Part shown: in pieces, positions 43,257-56,015 of the stretch
Layout: the number at the start of each line of letters is the position of its first letter
Position numbering within the stretch: the stretch's first letter is position 1
Origin: Entomortierella parvispora E1425
Taxonomy: Eukaryota; Fungi; Mortierellomycota
DNA length: 64,000 nucleotides
Assembly (NCBI GenBank): GCA_020891255.1
Contig: BQFW01000007.1
Coordinates: 1,984,001 to 2,048,000 of the forward strand
Direction of reading: 5' to 3'
Made by a program: the position numbers and the translations under genes
Notes under the pieces: generated by a model
Told to the model about the DNA's origin: nothing
What the model saw: the letters and a program-made list of their open reading frames with translations, nothing else
Databases searched by the model: none

Positions 43257-44870
43257 TCATGCACCTTTATTTTTCCTCGTCTTTTTGTTTGGTGTGGGCG
43301 GCGCATCTGCACCTACTACCATTCCAATTCGATCAAAGTCATTGACGACCGCCATTTCTCGAAGTCCAGCCGTTGCTCGCAAGTGATGTGACTCTGGACT
43401 CTTTGAAACGGAGAATGCAAGGTTGGAAGGTGACAGTTTTTGTCCTTCCCCTGCATCCTTTCCATTGGCCAGAACTCCAGTGGCTTCGATATCGAGGACG
43501 GGCACTTCGTCAAGCAGCTGTCGCCATAACCGCCTGTAGAGTCGTGGAGTCAGAGTGTTGGATTTTGCAGGCTTGCCTCCAATACTTGGATGGAATCTCC
43601 CTGTCTCAAATCGTTTAGCCTTTTGTTCCTGACCATTCTTATTCCACGCTCGAATAGTTTGCAGGATACGCTCTTCCCATTCCTTAAATGCTGTCGAAAA
43701 GCTATCCTCCGTCATTGATGCGGCAGTAGGAGTCAATGCGAGCCGATTCACAGGAGGCAATGTCGTCGTTCCGTCCTGTTTGTTGCTGTCCATCCGAGAG
43801 CCAAGGCGGTTCAATCCTATACGCGATTTCCACTCCACCTCCTGTCGAATCTCTGCTGGCAGTGGCGGCTTCAGCTTGCTGATTTGTTTTGAAAAGAAAC
43901 GCCAACGAAGATTGGCCTCTCGTTTCCCATGAAGAGGTTTGAAGAGAGGTTCTGGCAGAGTAGGCTCGATAGATTTTCCCGTGCTCTTGATCAAAGCTGC
44001 AACTGGTGCAGAGTATATTGGTGGGATCGTCCTTTCCTTCTTGAAAAAGAGGGGTTTTGGTTGTTGAATGGACTCTGCCAAAATTCCTGCAAGCTGCTCT
44101 GTCGTCAAATTGGTGCTCTGGGGTATAGATGACGATGATAGTGACGACGACGACGACGTTGACGGTGATGATGATGACGATGAAGACGACTCCTGTCCAT
44201 TGATAGTTGGAGTTGTCGCGATAGTCGGCATATGGGATCCCATTCCTGAAAGTGAAGTGGCTAAACGAGAAGGTGACAAGGTCCTGACACGGGCAGAGTC
44301 TACGAGTGGCTGCATCAGCCGACGCCGCTCAACACCTTGGAGACCATGCGAAGATCTGAGGAGGCGTTGAACAGCTTTCAGATCCATCTGGTTGGCACGC
44401 TCCAACAAGCGAAGAGCCTTTTTGTCACGAAAGAAGGAGAACGAGAAAGGGGTAGCAACGTGGTCAGATCGGTAGGAAAAACATGGCACAGAAAGAAGGT
44501 TCTTTGGGTGCGAGTTGGTGGCGCTCCTACCTTGCGAGCATCGGCCATGTTTTTTTGCACGCGGTCATTGTTACGTTGGCGCTTGTTTTTGGCAAAGGTT
44601 TCCTGGGCTCTGGCTCGGGCCCATTGGCTGGAATTGGCAGAGAGTAGTTCATGCAACTGGAATTAGTCTTTTGGCCGATGTTGTCATTGTTGATCCATGA
44701 ACAGCCATGTTCAGCCATGCACAGGTCATGACCAAGGGATCTGCAGGCTACCTTGTTCGTTCGTCAAAGAAGCGAGCACTCTCGCGGAGGATATGGCGGT
44801 AGAGGTAGACGACCTGGGCGCGGTGAGAGAGAGCAGTGAATGAGGCAGGGACGGGTGCGACAGTCGGCAT
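43257..44870 (-). CDS. LYR-motif protein (Complex1_LYR / Cup1-like), probably mitochondrial; three exons
   Basis: Predicted spliced N-terminus MPTVAP...VVYLYRHILRESARFFDERT|SQWARARAQETF...ARK|ALRLLERAN, followed by a long C-terminal ORF. Confidence 0.65.
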
Positions 44871-45293
44871 CGCGGATGATCAGAGTGGAGGACGGAGGCA
44901 GGGAGGCAGGGAGGCAGAGGCAGGGGAGGACCGCAACAAAGAGAGACCGACGTCGGCTGAATTCTTTGTACGAGCAGAAAGGAGGGTCGCTTCGATCTGA
45001 TCGCACTCAATCGCATATTCGCATATGCCGCATGCCTTGCTTGCTCCCTTAGAGTGTCCTTCCTCCCTCCTTGCTTGTGTCCCGCTGTCCTTCTCCTTGT
45101 CCCTTCTGCTCTGCTGTCCAGCCTGTCCCTCCTGTTCCTGTCCTGCAGCACATCCATCCTGCTCTGCTATTCATCTGTCCATCCTCAACTCTTCCCTTCC
45201 CCCTCTCCCTCATTCTCTGCCCATTTTCTTCCTCTTGTCGCATTCACCTCCAGAAGAACATTTCTAGACCTTACCCATCCCATACTTTCAAAC

Positions 45294-47500
45294 ATGGCAT
45301 CCTTTCCTTTCCTCCTCCAGGCTCAATCGGGTAGCCACCAGGTCCAGCTCTCCTACAACGGCCAACACCTCGAATTTGACCAGCCAGAACAAGGTGCCCG
45401 ACCTCATTCCGACCATCTCTGTCTCATTTGCTTCACGTTTCCTTTCGCCTCAACTAATTTCCTATACCTCCCGACTTGACATATGTAGAAAACAAGAAGC
45501 AATCCGGTTGCTTGCCCTGTGGCCCTTCGACTGCCACTGGTATGTTAGCGCTACCATAAGATAATCCTCCCACGCACCATTATGACACCCTACTCCACTT
45601 GCGCCAAGTCCAACGGGACACGAAGAGCAGGAGGGAGCATTTGAAAATGGACTGAAAAACAACGGACACAGAAGTCAGACCGAATTGCTCACCGCTTTCC
45701 GGCTCTTTGGTGCTCTCATAAAATGAACGACCAACAACTCACTTCATTTATCGGTTTCTATAGGTTGCTCAATTCGAACTGTCGAAATCTTGAACATCAC
45801 TTTCGAGTCGGAACACACCCTTGTGGTGGCAGCCTGCTGGGAGAAGCATGGACCCAAGAAGGCATCAGAGCTCGAGTTGTTCAAGTTCCAAGTCAAGGAT
45901 ATTGAACAGGCAAAGCAATGGCAGTCTAATGTCCTCGGCCATGTCTACAAGGGTAAAAATAACTCAAATAACTCCATTGTTTCGACGTCCACCCTTTTTT
46001 TTTAACATTTATTTTCATTCTGCGATCTGACCCATTCAAACCCTTGGTTTTTTATCGAAATTGCTCCTAATGCGTAGATGTAAAACAAGGACGACACTAC
46101 AAGATTCTTGTGAACCCATTTGGAGGTCAGGGGCACGCTCAAAAGATCTGGCAAAACACTGCTGAACCCTTGTTCAAGGCTTCAGGAAGCACCTACGACT
46201 TGACCTGTAGGCAACTTGCGACCACCGAAATAGGAATACCCTTCACTTTCTCAGGGGGTTCTTCAAACTGACCCCTCCCCTTTTTTTTATGTCTTGGATA
46301 GTGACGACTCACCGTTACCATGCCAAAGAGATTGCAAAGGAGCTTGATATCCGAAAGTATGATGCCGTTTGCTCTATCAGTGGTGACGGAGTCCTTCATG
46401 AGGTGATTAACGGGTTCATGGAACGTCCCGATGCCATTCTCGCCCACAAACTTCCCTTGGGAGCGATTCCTGGAGGTAATTGGAAAAAAAAAAAAAAAAA
46501 CAAGGAGGTTAATCTACATCAAAGTACTGAACGTGTCGCACCCTTCCTCCTTTGACTGAACTTTCAGGATCCGGCAACGCTTTATCGTTTTCGCTGTTGG
46601 GGGAAGATCACGGAAACCATGCTTCCAACGCTGTCCTTGCGATCCTCAAGGGACGAGCCATGCCAGTGGATCTTTGCTCCGTTACCCAGGGACAGACCAG
46701 GACCTTTTCTTTTGTCCTCCAGTCCTTTGGACTCATTGCTGATGTAGACTTGGGGTCGGAACATCTTCGCTGGATGGGAGGCGCTCGTTTCACTATGGCA
46801 GCATTGGGCAAAGTGTTAGCCCAAACTACCGCTGGATGCGAATTGGCTTATTTGCCTGTCGAAACTGATGTCCAAAAGATTCATGCTCAGTACAATGCTC
46901 AAAGAGCACAACCTGTGGTCTGGGCTGACCAAACTCATGATGAAATGGATGAGGACCACAAAGAGATTACCGATGTCTATGGTGGTATCCATGCATCCTT
47001 GAAGGACTCAGATGGTTGGGTGATAGAGAAGGACCAGTATGCAACTGTTGTTGGCGCCAAGCTTCCCTGGATCTCCAAAGGATCCGTGACTCACCCAGCC
47101 GCTCTGCCTAACGACGGCCTAGTTGATTTGTTGATCTTCCCTGGTGATATGGGTCGCGCTGCTGGTCTTCAGGCTTTGATTGCTTCCGAAACTGGCGAGC
47201 ACATCCACAATGAGAAGGTAAATAACCCCTACCTCTGCTTGTCTCCTTCATTCTTTTTCTTGCGGTGTCGAAGAGATGTATAGGTCACGCTCACTAACTC
47301 TCGCGTCATTCTTTCATATGAAAAAACAGGTCCGATACCTCAAGGTCAAAGCTTTCCGTGTCACCCCTGCTGCTTCCTCAGGCTATATCTCCCTGGATGG
47401 CGAGCACACTCCCTATGAGCCCTACCAGGTCGAGGCCCATCGTGGCTTGATTTCCGTACTGAGCGTGGATGGTCGTTACGCTCGAAGCATGAGAGAGTAG
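45294..47500 (+). CDS. LCB4: Sphingoid long-chain base kinase (sphingosine kinase, DAGK catalytic domain), multi-exon
   Basis: VNPFGGQG, SISGDGVLHEVINGF, GAIPGG|SGNAL, LRWMGGARF and YISLDGE. Confidence 0.9.
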
Positions 47501-47900
47501 GCTCCTCCTCTTCTTATTTTTCAACATATAATACTACATAGGCAATCGTCTCGATCTTAATATACCTTTACATGCCAGCACAGCAATAAGAGCTGTTCGT
47601 TACGCGCTTATCCGTGTCAGTCCTTGTAATTTACGCGCTGTATGCTCGCCTATGGTCAGGCGCTCTCGTGCCATGCCTGCGTCGGGCGTATGACGCGTAA
47701 AGTTGTTGTCCTAGATATTGCTATGTCCAAAAAAAAATGAACAGACGCGTTTTATCCACATCACGTACTATCTCCTTTCAGCAGAGTCCATGTCAAATGC
47801 AGATGCAACGCGTCATTCATCCACATATTTTTTTTCTGTATCTTGGAAATGTTTCCTGGTCCAATCTAGCCTGCTTTCTCGCATGACTATCAATAAGGCG

Positions 47901-48190
47901 CTAAGCATCGAGCTTAGGCTTCAAGTAAAAGCTAAGCAAAATGCAAAAACTGAATGCTTCGAAATCTCTCAATCACCTGACTGGTTAAGTAATGGCTAAG
48001 TATCGAGCTTAACCTTTAAGTAATGGCTAAGCAAAATGCAAACCGAATACTTCGAAATCTCCCAATCACCCGACCGGTTAAGTAATGGCTAAGTATCGAG
48101 CTTAACCTCTAAATAATGGCTAAGTATCGAGCTTAGCCTCTAAGTAATGGCTAAGCAAAATGCAAACTGAATACATCGAAATCCCTTGAT
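47901..48190. repeat. Higher-order tandem repeat: about three ~92-bp units built partly from ~31-bp subunits (TAAGTAATGGCTAAGTATCGAGCTTAACC)
   Basis: CTAAGCAAAATGCAAA..GAAT.C.TCGAAATC recurs at ~47932, ~48027 and ~48151. Confidence 0.85.
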
Positions 48191-48518
48191 CACTTGACGG
48201 GCGTAGGGACACACTCTTCACGGAGAAGGGATATATCTTCCTTTACCTGTTTTTGACTTTGGTCAAGTGTGGGTTTCCCTTTCCCGCTGCACCTAGCCGG
48301 AGCATCTTGAGGTCCTGATCGAGAATGGATACATCAGTATTGTCTACAGGAGACAAAATATATTTTTGCCGCAACCCGGGGCATATACCACGGGCAGACA
48401 CTCTAGCACAGAGAAACAAAAGGGTCCTCTTTGGAACAAGCAGGTGGCAAAAAAATAACCACGGTTGGAGTCGTTACTTCACGGTTGACGAAAAAGTAAA
48501 ATGCAAAAGATAAACTAA

Positions 48519-48590
48519 TGATCTACGCAGGGGTCGAACCTGCAATCTCCTGATTCGTAGTCAGACGCCTTTCCATTGGGCCAGCAGACC
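48519..48590 (-). tRNA. tRNA-Arg(ACG), intronless
   Basis: GGTCTGC TG GCCCAATGGAAAGGC G TCTGA CTACGAA TCAGG AGATT GCAGG TTCGACC CCTGC GTAGATC A folds as a cloverleaf. T-runs (Pol III terminator) lie downstream. Confidence 0.96.
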
Positions 48591-49271
48591 ATGTTTTCTG
48601 ATATATTTGAACTCTAATCCCTGCGCCTATATTGCTATATTTGAAACATATACCCTTAATTAGTCACATGACAAATGTTGCAAAAAATCCCCCCCCAGCC
48701 GCCAGCGCCTATGTGGCTGTGTGATTTCGACACTAGAAAAGATGGCTTACACAGCGACGAGCCGTGGCAATTGTCGCGCGGGGATCCGGGGTCATCGGAT
48801 TTGCTCAGGTCGTAGATAGTTTTGTCTCGACATACAGTATGTACCAAATAAAATGTTGCAAAAAAAAAAAAAAAAAGAAAAAAAAGCTGTATTTAATGTC
48901 CTTGAAAATAAAGAGAGACACCGATGGGTGAAGCTTGTCAAGGTCAGCACTGCGGAAAGGCAGTCCACATCCTATCTGCGTGCGGCTTTCAACGTGTTCC
49001 TTGATGCATTATTCACGATACAAGCTTGTTGATGCTCCCCATGCTACTATCGATGGAGAAAACCTAGTCCATTGCAGTGGCACTCGCACAAAAAAAAGTG
49101 AACATATCATTCATATTAAGGTCAAGAAAATGATTGAAGTGAATATATATAATGCGAAGGAAAAGAATACTCTACAGTTGAAATGAAGACGAAGGTGAGA
49201 GACGGGAATATGGCGGATAGTAGGGGTGATACGAAGGGAAGAGATGGGGAAAACAAGAATCCGAAATCTAT

Positions 49272-51398
49272 CTACAAGTGCTTCAATTCAGCCTTGTTTC
49301 CGTTGGAGGCTTCCTCCATCTCGGCCGCAATCTTGGCTGCCTGCTTGCTATCAGCCTGGCGGACGCCTTCCTGACGTTCCTCCTCCATAGCCTCAGGCTT
49401 TTCCGCTGGCAAGAGCTGGTTCAAGACGATGGCAATGATGGCTCCAACACAGAACCCGGTCGAGAGAATGATGTTGACGGAGTCCACCAATCCTTCCAAA
49501 ATGGATGAGGAACCGCTGTAGGTGAGGAAATTTGTGAGTGCGTTGGGGATCAAGGAGACACCGAGGCCAAGAGAGATGGCAGCAGAAACGATGAAGCGAT
49601 CACGACGAGTCCACTTCAAGAACGCAAGAATGCGCATGCCCGAAGAAGCCACGTTGGCGAACAAGAAGGTCGTCATGCCTCCAAGAACAGAATCGGGGAT
49701 CATAAGGAAAAGAGTTCCAAACTTGGAAAAGACGCCCATCAAGATCAGGAACATGCAGCAAACATATCCAGCAGAGGCATTGGCACATCTTTTTGAGCAA
49801 GAAAAAAAACAGAATGTTGAGAGGTTAGATATCTCTTGGATCCACTGAAAAGTCGTACAGCAAAACAAAGTCTCGGACGCGTTACCTTGTCAAAGCAATG
49901 ATGCCGTTATTCTGAGCAAAGACTGACATGGGGGAGTTGGTCATAACGGCAGACAAGAATCCACCGAGTCCATCAGCCAAAACACCTCCTTGAATACGAG
50001 ACTCGAACTCACGACCCTCTACAGCCAATCTTGAGACTTCGCAAGATGCAGTGACATCACCAATGGCCTCAACCATGGTCAAAACATAGGTGACCAAAAG
50101 TGGGATAACTGCAGGGGCGTAGATCGACAGGGGGAAGGTCGTAAAGTTCTTGACCCACAAGAAGGTCACAACAGGCGCGTCATCCAAAGTTGAGGTATCG
50201 GTATATCCAGTAGCGGCAGCGACAATAAGTCCAACGACTAATCCAATGACAACCTGGGCATTACGCATGAAGGGGGATCCGAAAAACTCTACAAACATGA
50301 TGGTCATGAACACCAAGAAGCCGAGTCCAATCCACTGAGGTGAAGCCCAAGGCGCAGCATTGGGAGCGCCGACGTTGGGACAAACAGAGAAGTAACCCTC
50401 GGCAGGCATGGCACTGCAGGGTCCAGAGCCACCAGCCCACTGGGTCAATCCAGTACCGATCAGCTTGGCTCCAATCAAGAAGACTGTGACTCCGGTGACA
50501 ACTGGGGGGAACAGTCTCTTCATGATCTTTGGAGGGAGGAACGCGAGGATAATCTCGATAGAGGAGCAGACCATGCAGGTTCCCAAGAAGGCACCCCAGG
50601 CTTGAGGGCAAGGCAGTTGCACAGGGGTCACACCGTCAGCCGCAAGACCCATGGGGCATTGACCGCTCTGATACATACGGGTTGTCATGGCCTATTTCCA
50701 AGAACAAATGATACGAGCATGACATGAGTATTTCGGATCCAGAGATACTGGTTACATAACGACAAAGCACTTACACCAAAGGTTGGCACAAAGTTGAAAC
50801 TGGTGCCGACAACAGACAAGAGTCCTGTTCCAATGTAGTATTTTGTATTGAAGATCCTGAAGCGAGTGATCTGAACCAAAGAGAGGATACCCGATGAGAT
50901 CAAAGAAGCTGAAAGCATGTAGGAGCGGGTTTCCATGTCAAGGTTCATGTTGCCAGTTCCCGGTCCAGACATGATCAACACTGGAGTGACAATACCGGCA
51001 ATCATAGCCAAAGAGTGCTGGAAGCCTATAGATATTAAACAACATGGATCGAGGGATTGAGTGAGCATGATGAGGAGTCAGGCAGGCTGTGCCGCATTTT
51101 GGAGGCAGTGTAGCGTACCCATGACAATAGCGAGCAAGACTGGCAGTTTAGTCTTGAGGCCAAAGAAGGGGGGCTGGCGAGTCGACTTTTTGTTCAAACA
51201 AGGGATGGTGGGCATGCAGAGGAAGCCGTAGTCATAGTCGCCCAACCAGCCATCCTTGGTGAACAGGGTGTTGTAGACGGTGCGAAGGGAAGGAAGCGAG
51301 CCAGCAGTGTCGGCCAGGTCGTCGTGCTTATGGTCAGAGCGGATCTCATAGACGGGAGCCTCTGCAGGGGCAGGGGCCGAGGTGATCTCGTTAGTCAT
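49272..51398 (-). CDS. Uric acid/xanthine permease (NCS2/NAT family, UapA/UapC-like), multi-exon
   Basis: GFQHSLAMIAG, FPPVVTG, RIQGGVLADG, NAT signature FAQNNGIIALTR|CAN and VLGGMTTFLF. Confidence 0.93.
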
Positions 51399-52517
51399 GA
51401 TGAAAGAATGAAGGGGAGAGTCGGAAGGGGGGACAGGGAGTCTGTTCCAACGAGTTCAGCAACGAGGTGCAGTCTTCGGGAGGAAGATGGGGAGGGGAGG
51501 GAGGGTTGACCGAGAGAAAAAAAAAAGGAAAGGAGGAAAGAAAAGAAGAGAGAGAGATAAAAAGAGGAAAGAAGAGAAACAGGGCACACGACAGACCAGA
51601 CTGACAGGGTGGGGGACCATTCACAAACACAGATTGAAAGAAATTTTTTCTTTTCCCGTTTCGGCGATCGCCTCGTGGCACTTGGTGGCACGCACCGGGC
51701 AACAAACATTTCTCTTTTCTTTCGTCTTCACCCATGGATGCCCTTATCCAGCTAGAGAGAGAGAGGGTGTTGGTTCGACATTGCTGCTGCTCTCCTCTGC
51801 CTCCATCTTGGCCAGCTACTGTTGCAAGTGTTGGAGGAGGGACCTTGCCCGCTGCCCATATTTGGCACTGCAATCTCGAATCGTGAGACTCCGGGTGGCT
51901 TCCCCCCGCGTCGGTATCTGAAAAGTGACACTCCTCCTGGGACTTATCGGCGACCGATGATGATACTGTAGTCTAGCACAGTCTACAGAGAGAAGCGAAA
52001 ACCAAGACGGTCCCTGAACCTTTTTCCAGAACCGGAAAGAACCAATGTGCGGGGTCGATTCTTCTTGTTGACTTGCCCGCAATCTGTACCTTGACCTGAC
52101 TCTCTCGTGAGAGAAGGAAAAAAAGGAAGGAAGAGGCAGAGAGAGAGGAGGATAGGACAGAGATTTGCCACACAAAAACACTCACATGCAAAAAAACATA
52201 GATGTGAACGTGGCTCGCTCTCCCACACTTGCACAGCGCTCCCTTCAGCTCTGCACGGACGACAAATCATCGAGCCAAGCTTTCAAGAATAAAGTGAACG
52301 GGCTTGGCACTGATGCAAATGCCTGCATTCATTCTTTTCTTTCTCATTGTCTTTCATCTCCTCCTTCTGTTCGCAATCCCTTCTCTATTTCTATACCCTC
52401 CCCTCCTTTGAAAAAACACCTCTCGCCATCCTTTCACATCTCCATTCTCCAATTCTTCAGCAAAAAAGTCGCGTACAAACCAATTCACCTCATTTCACGC
52501 ACACACACACGACCCCC

Positions 52518-54191
52518 ATGGGCGATTCTTTTTTCTGGCTGTGCATCGCAGCAGCTCTCGCTCTCTTTTTCTACATCGCACGCGACTACCCTCAATGGAA
52601 AGCTGATCGGGTAGCATCACAACAACAGCTACCACAGCCAGCCGAAGGCGATTCAAAGGACGAGAACTCCACTGACAGCGCAACCACCGAGTCATCACCG
52701 TGGCCTGAAAAGTTCTCTGTGCGATGGATTCCATACCTTCCCTTTGCCCTTGTCTATCTACTCGCCAAGGCGGCATGGGCTTGTCTTCGGGTTTTGGTCC
52801 TTCACTCTCTCTTCATTGCCGAGCATGCTGGATACGCCCTCATGTCCGTGATTGAAGACATTGTGCAGTGGTCCGTGAACAACGGCCCCGAGTTTATTCA
52901 AAACAGGATCATCTCCCCACTCCAAACCGCAGCAGTTGCCTTCTGGGAATCACCGGCGCTCGCCAAGATTAAATCAATGGTCGAGGAGACTCTCTTCCCG
53001 GCTATCCTACGAGCGCTAATTTCCGCGAAAACATTCATCTACGTTACGGCCTTCCAACTCTACGCATGGATTCAAAGAATGGTCGAGCCAGTGACTTCAG
53101 CATTGATGTGGTTTACGATTCAATGCATCATCGCCCCAGGCAAGGCAGTTTGGTCTCGTCTAGAGATCTTGGGCCTCACTTTTCTCCAGACAGCAAAGAT
53201 CTATCTGCATGAACTCGCCAAGGATGCGGTGGATTTGGGTTGGTTCGTCGCCAAAGCAGGAAAGTGGATCTACGCACGGACCCTTCGGCCTATTGGAGGC
53301 TGGATCTACAGTGGGGCCGCCGTTGTAATCGAAAGTTTGGTCCAGTTTCTTCCTTGGTTGGCCCAAAAGATCTATTCAGGTCTTATCAGGCCCATGGCAT
53401 CTACGATCCGGGACGGATTCACTATCATACGATCGCACCCTACACTTTTGGCCGGTCTCCAGGCATTGTCAAGCAAAGTTCAAGAAAAAGTGGCGCTGGC
53501 GCTACAAAAGCTCGAGGGCGTGAATTGGCTCCTTCTTATCGAAGAGGTTCTCACGAAAGGAGTCCTTTTTACCTACAGAGTTCTCTCACTAGTCGCGTCC
53601 AAGATCGGTCAAGGTCTCCAAATACTGTTTGTAGACATCATTCCAAACGTTTATACGGATCTCATGATGGCCCTCGAGTTTGCTCGACCGATCGTAGCAT
53701 GGGCCATCAACAAGGTCGTCACGATCCTTCATCCTCTTTGGCAACTTGTCTCGTGGATCTCTTGGACAGTGTATGCAAATACTCGCCCTACACTTGCTTG
53801 GGCACATCAAAAACTGGTCTTGCCCTCAATCGCTTTCTGGAACACGACCCTATTCCCTATAGTGACAGCTCTGGCAGCCATGATTGTCAGGAGCACGAAA
53901 CGCGTCGCGGACAATATCCTCCGCGTTATGCCTTGGATCTCATCCATCTCGGCACCCATCTGGGGAATGTTTGTCCGCATCCTGGCAGCACTGCAGCTTG
54001 GTCTCACTTCGGCCTTGACCAAGATTGGCGTCCTCTCTGGCGGCTTGAGTGAGCGCATCCAAAAACAAGTCAAAGTACTTGCACCACAGGTGGAAAATTT
54101 CAAAGCCTATGTTGGTCACCACATGGATGAGGCTGTCCTGACGGCCAGCAACTTCATGATGGACTGGGTCAAGCAAGAAAAGCGAGATTAA
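52518..54191 (+). CDS. Intronless hypothetical membrane-anchored protein (~557 aa) with long W/L-rich amphipathic helices
   Basis: ATG at 52518, N-terminal hydrophobic anchor (FFWLCIAAALALFFYIA) and a continuous ORF to TAA at 54189-54191. No recognised family. Confidence 0.75.
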   Translation: MGDSFFWLCIAAALALFFYIARDYPQWKADRVASQQQLPQPAEGDSKDENSTDSATTESSPWPEKFSVRWIPYLPFALVYLLAKAAWACLRVLVLHSLFIAEHAGYALMSVIEDIVQWSVNNGPEFIQNRIISPLQTAAVAFWESPALAKIKSMVEETLFPAILRALISAKTFIYVTAFQLYAWIQRMVEPVTSALMWFTIQCIIAPGKAVWSRLEILGLTFLQTAKIYLHELAKDAVDLGWFVAKAGKWIYARTLRPIGGWIYSGAAVVIESLVQFLPWLAQKIYSGLIRPMASTIRDGFTIIRSHPTLLAGLQALSSKVQEKVALALQKLEGVNWLLLIEEVLTKGVLFTYRVLSLVASKIGQGLQILFVDIIPNVYTDLMMALEFARPIVAWAINKVVTILHPLWQLVSWISWTVYANTRPTLAWAHQKLVLPSIAFWNTTLFPIVTALAAMIVRSTKRVADNILRVMPWISSISAPIWGMFVRILAALQLGLTSALTKIGVLSGGLSERIQKQVKVLAPQVENFKAYVGHHMDEAVLTASNFMMDWVKQEKRD

Positions 54192-54290
54192 GCTGACCGA
54201 AACGCAATAAACATTTTGAAAAAAAAAAAAAAATGAATGATATATGTTTATTTCGACATGACCATTGCGAGCAAGAGTGTCCAAGATACT

Positions 54291-56015
54291 TCAAGGAGTG
54301 ACAGAACGTCTAGGAGAAAGAGGATCATTGCGGGGCGAGGATGTGCGAGAGTCAGTGTCCATGTGCGCAATAATATCAGCGGATTCATCTCTGGCAGAGG
54401 GAGACGGCGAGCGCGACGGCCGTTTGTGGTCACGAGGCGGGGTTGGGGATTCGCGTTCACGACGTTCAACACTGCGGTCACGAATAGGCGAGCGAGATCC
54501 AGAGTTACGTCTGCGAGACTCAGCAGGAGGAGGTGAGCGAGCACGGGATTCATGGGGGCTGATGCTTCGGCGACGGGGACTGGGGGAGCGACGGCGACGG
54601 GGAGGCGAACGACCCCGACGAGGAGGGGACCTGGAGCTCCCATTTCCTCTTCTGCCATCTTCGCGCCTGTCATTTCCCCTTCTGTCATCCCCGCGCCTAT
54701 CATCCCCACCACCGCGCTCATAGCGCCAAGAAGCACTCGGTGTGTTTTTGGCAAACTAAAATCAGGCATAAATGGATGGAGGTCAGCAATTGCATTTGAT
54801 ATCGTCTTCACCTTGGTGAAAGAGTGATGATGAGCTGCTTACCTGAACACTGAGGCGATAACCTTCAAATCGAACATCTTTCATCTCGTTATAGGCGTCC
54901 CTGGCGTCCCTGTCGTCCTCATATTCCACGAACGCATAGCTGAAAGTTCGGAAAAGTCGGTTTAATCCCAGAGAGTGTGGTCCATTCATCAAACGAAGGC
55001 AAATAGGGGAAGTGGCAAGCAAAGAGTGGATGGGTTAAGTGATGCCATCGGGTACTTGAGAGGACAACCTGAACGGACAAAAAAACCAGCGTCGCCGCAA
55101 AGACATTTGTAAACTCGAGAGAGATCTCCCTCCTGTCCTCTTATTTCGAGCGATTTGCTGGCCAAGGCTCGATGGGGGTCAGAAACAAGCGGTGTCGAGT
55201 CGTTTTCGATCGTCCAGTAGCATCCTTGTACTCCGTAAACTCGTAAAACCGTGCGTTTGATGCAAACGAAAAACTGACCCGACCATTCAATTGAACGCGA
55301 AGATAGGATAAGCCGACAACACGGCCGGGCAGCCTTAAACAGACTCGAGGAAAGGACATAAAAACCAACCCCCGATTGAAGACGAAACCGTGGAACAAGA
55401 CGAAAACCGAAGCGAGGGATGACTACCGCGCGCTGCCAAACTCGCCACAATTGTTTGATTTTTTCGAGTCTGGTCATCATAATCGTCCGTCGAGATTTCA
55501 GGGAGCTTGCTCTGTCCAAGGCTCCATAGAGTTGGAGTATGGAGCAGGATATCCAAACCCAGCAGCGGATTTGTCGCGAAGGACGCAATTCGCATAAAGA
55601 CGTTCCAGGATCGTTCCCAGTTCATCAAGACTCGAAAGTCGAATCGCAAAGCACCAAACGGTTTACTTGCAGCAGGAAAGGGCTCACTTACGGTCGCGAA
55701 GAATTGTTGCGGAGAGCTGGTACGTCGCAGCGAACCAAAGGTCCATATCTACCGACAAGGCAAGAAGAATGGCCTAGTAAGCCAGAAGGAACATTCATTA
55801 CGAGAATAGCAACGGCGCTACAATTCAATGACACACAAGTTCGTAGTTCATGTGCGATGCATTTAATGCATGAGGGAAAGACGTGAAGGTTGCGGGGGAA
55901 ATGAGTATTGTTGAAGAGAGCGCGCAAAGTACCTTTCGAACTCATAGGCAAGGTCCTTGGCTCGAGAGCGCTGGCTGAAGCCAGAGACGTAGAGAGTTTT
56001 CTGTTTGGTGGACAT
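54291..56015 (-). CDS. SR splicing factor (single RRM plus RS domain), multi-exon
   Basis: LYVSGF (RNP2)...DLAYEFER|YGPLVRCDVP...RP|YAFVEYED.RDA.DA (RNP1), then RSRSPPRR repeats. Stop TGA at 54293-54291. Confidence 0.88.

Noticed and set aside
41584-48519. Ty3-like targeting of the outer element to the tRNA gene
   Set aside because: The tRNA is ~7 kb away with three genes in between. Pol III-targeted elements insert within tens to hundreds of bp.
55150-55500. C/D box snoRNA in the long SR intron (ATGATGA on the minus strand)
   Set aside because: No suitably spaced CTGA D box or terminal stem was found.
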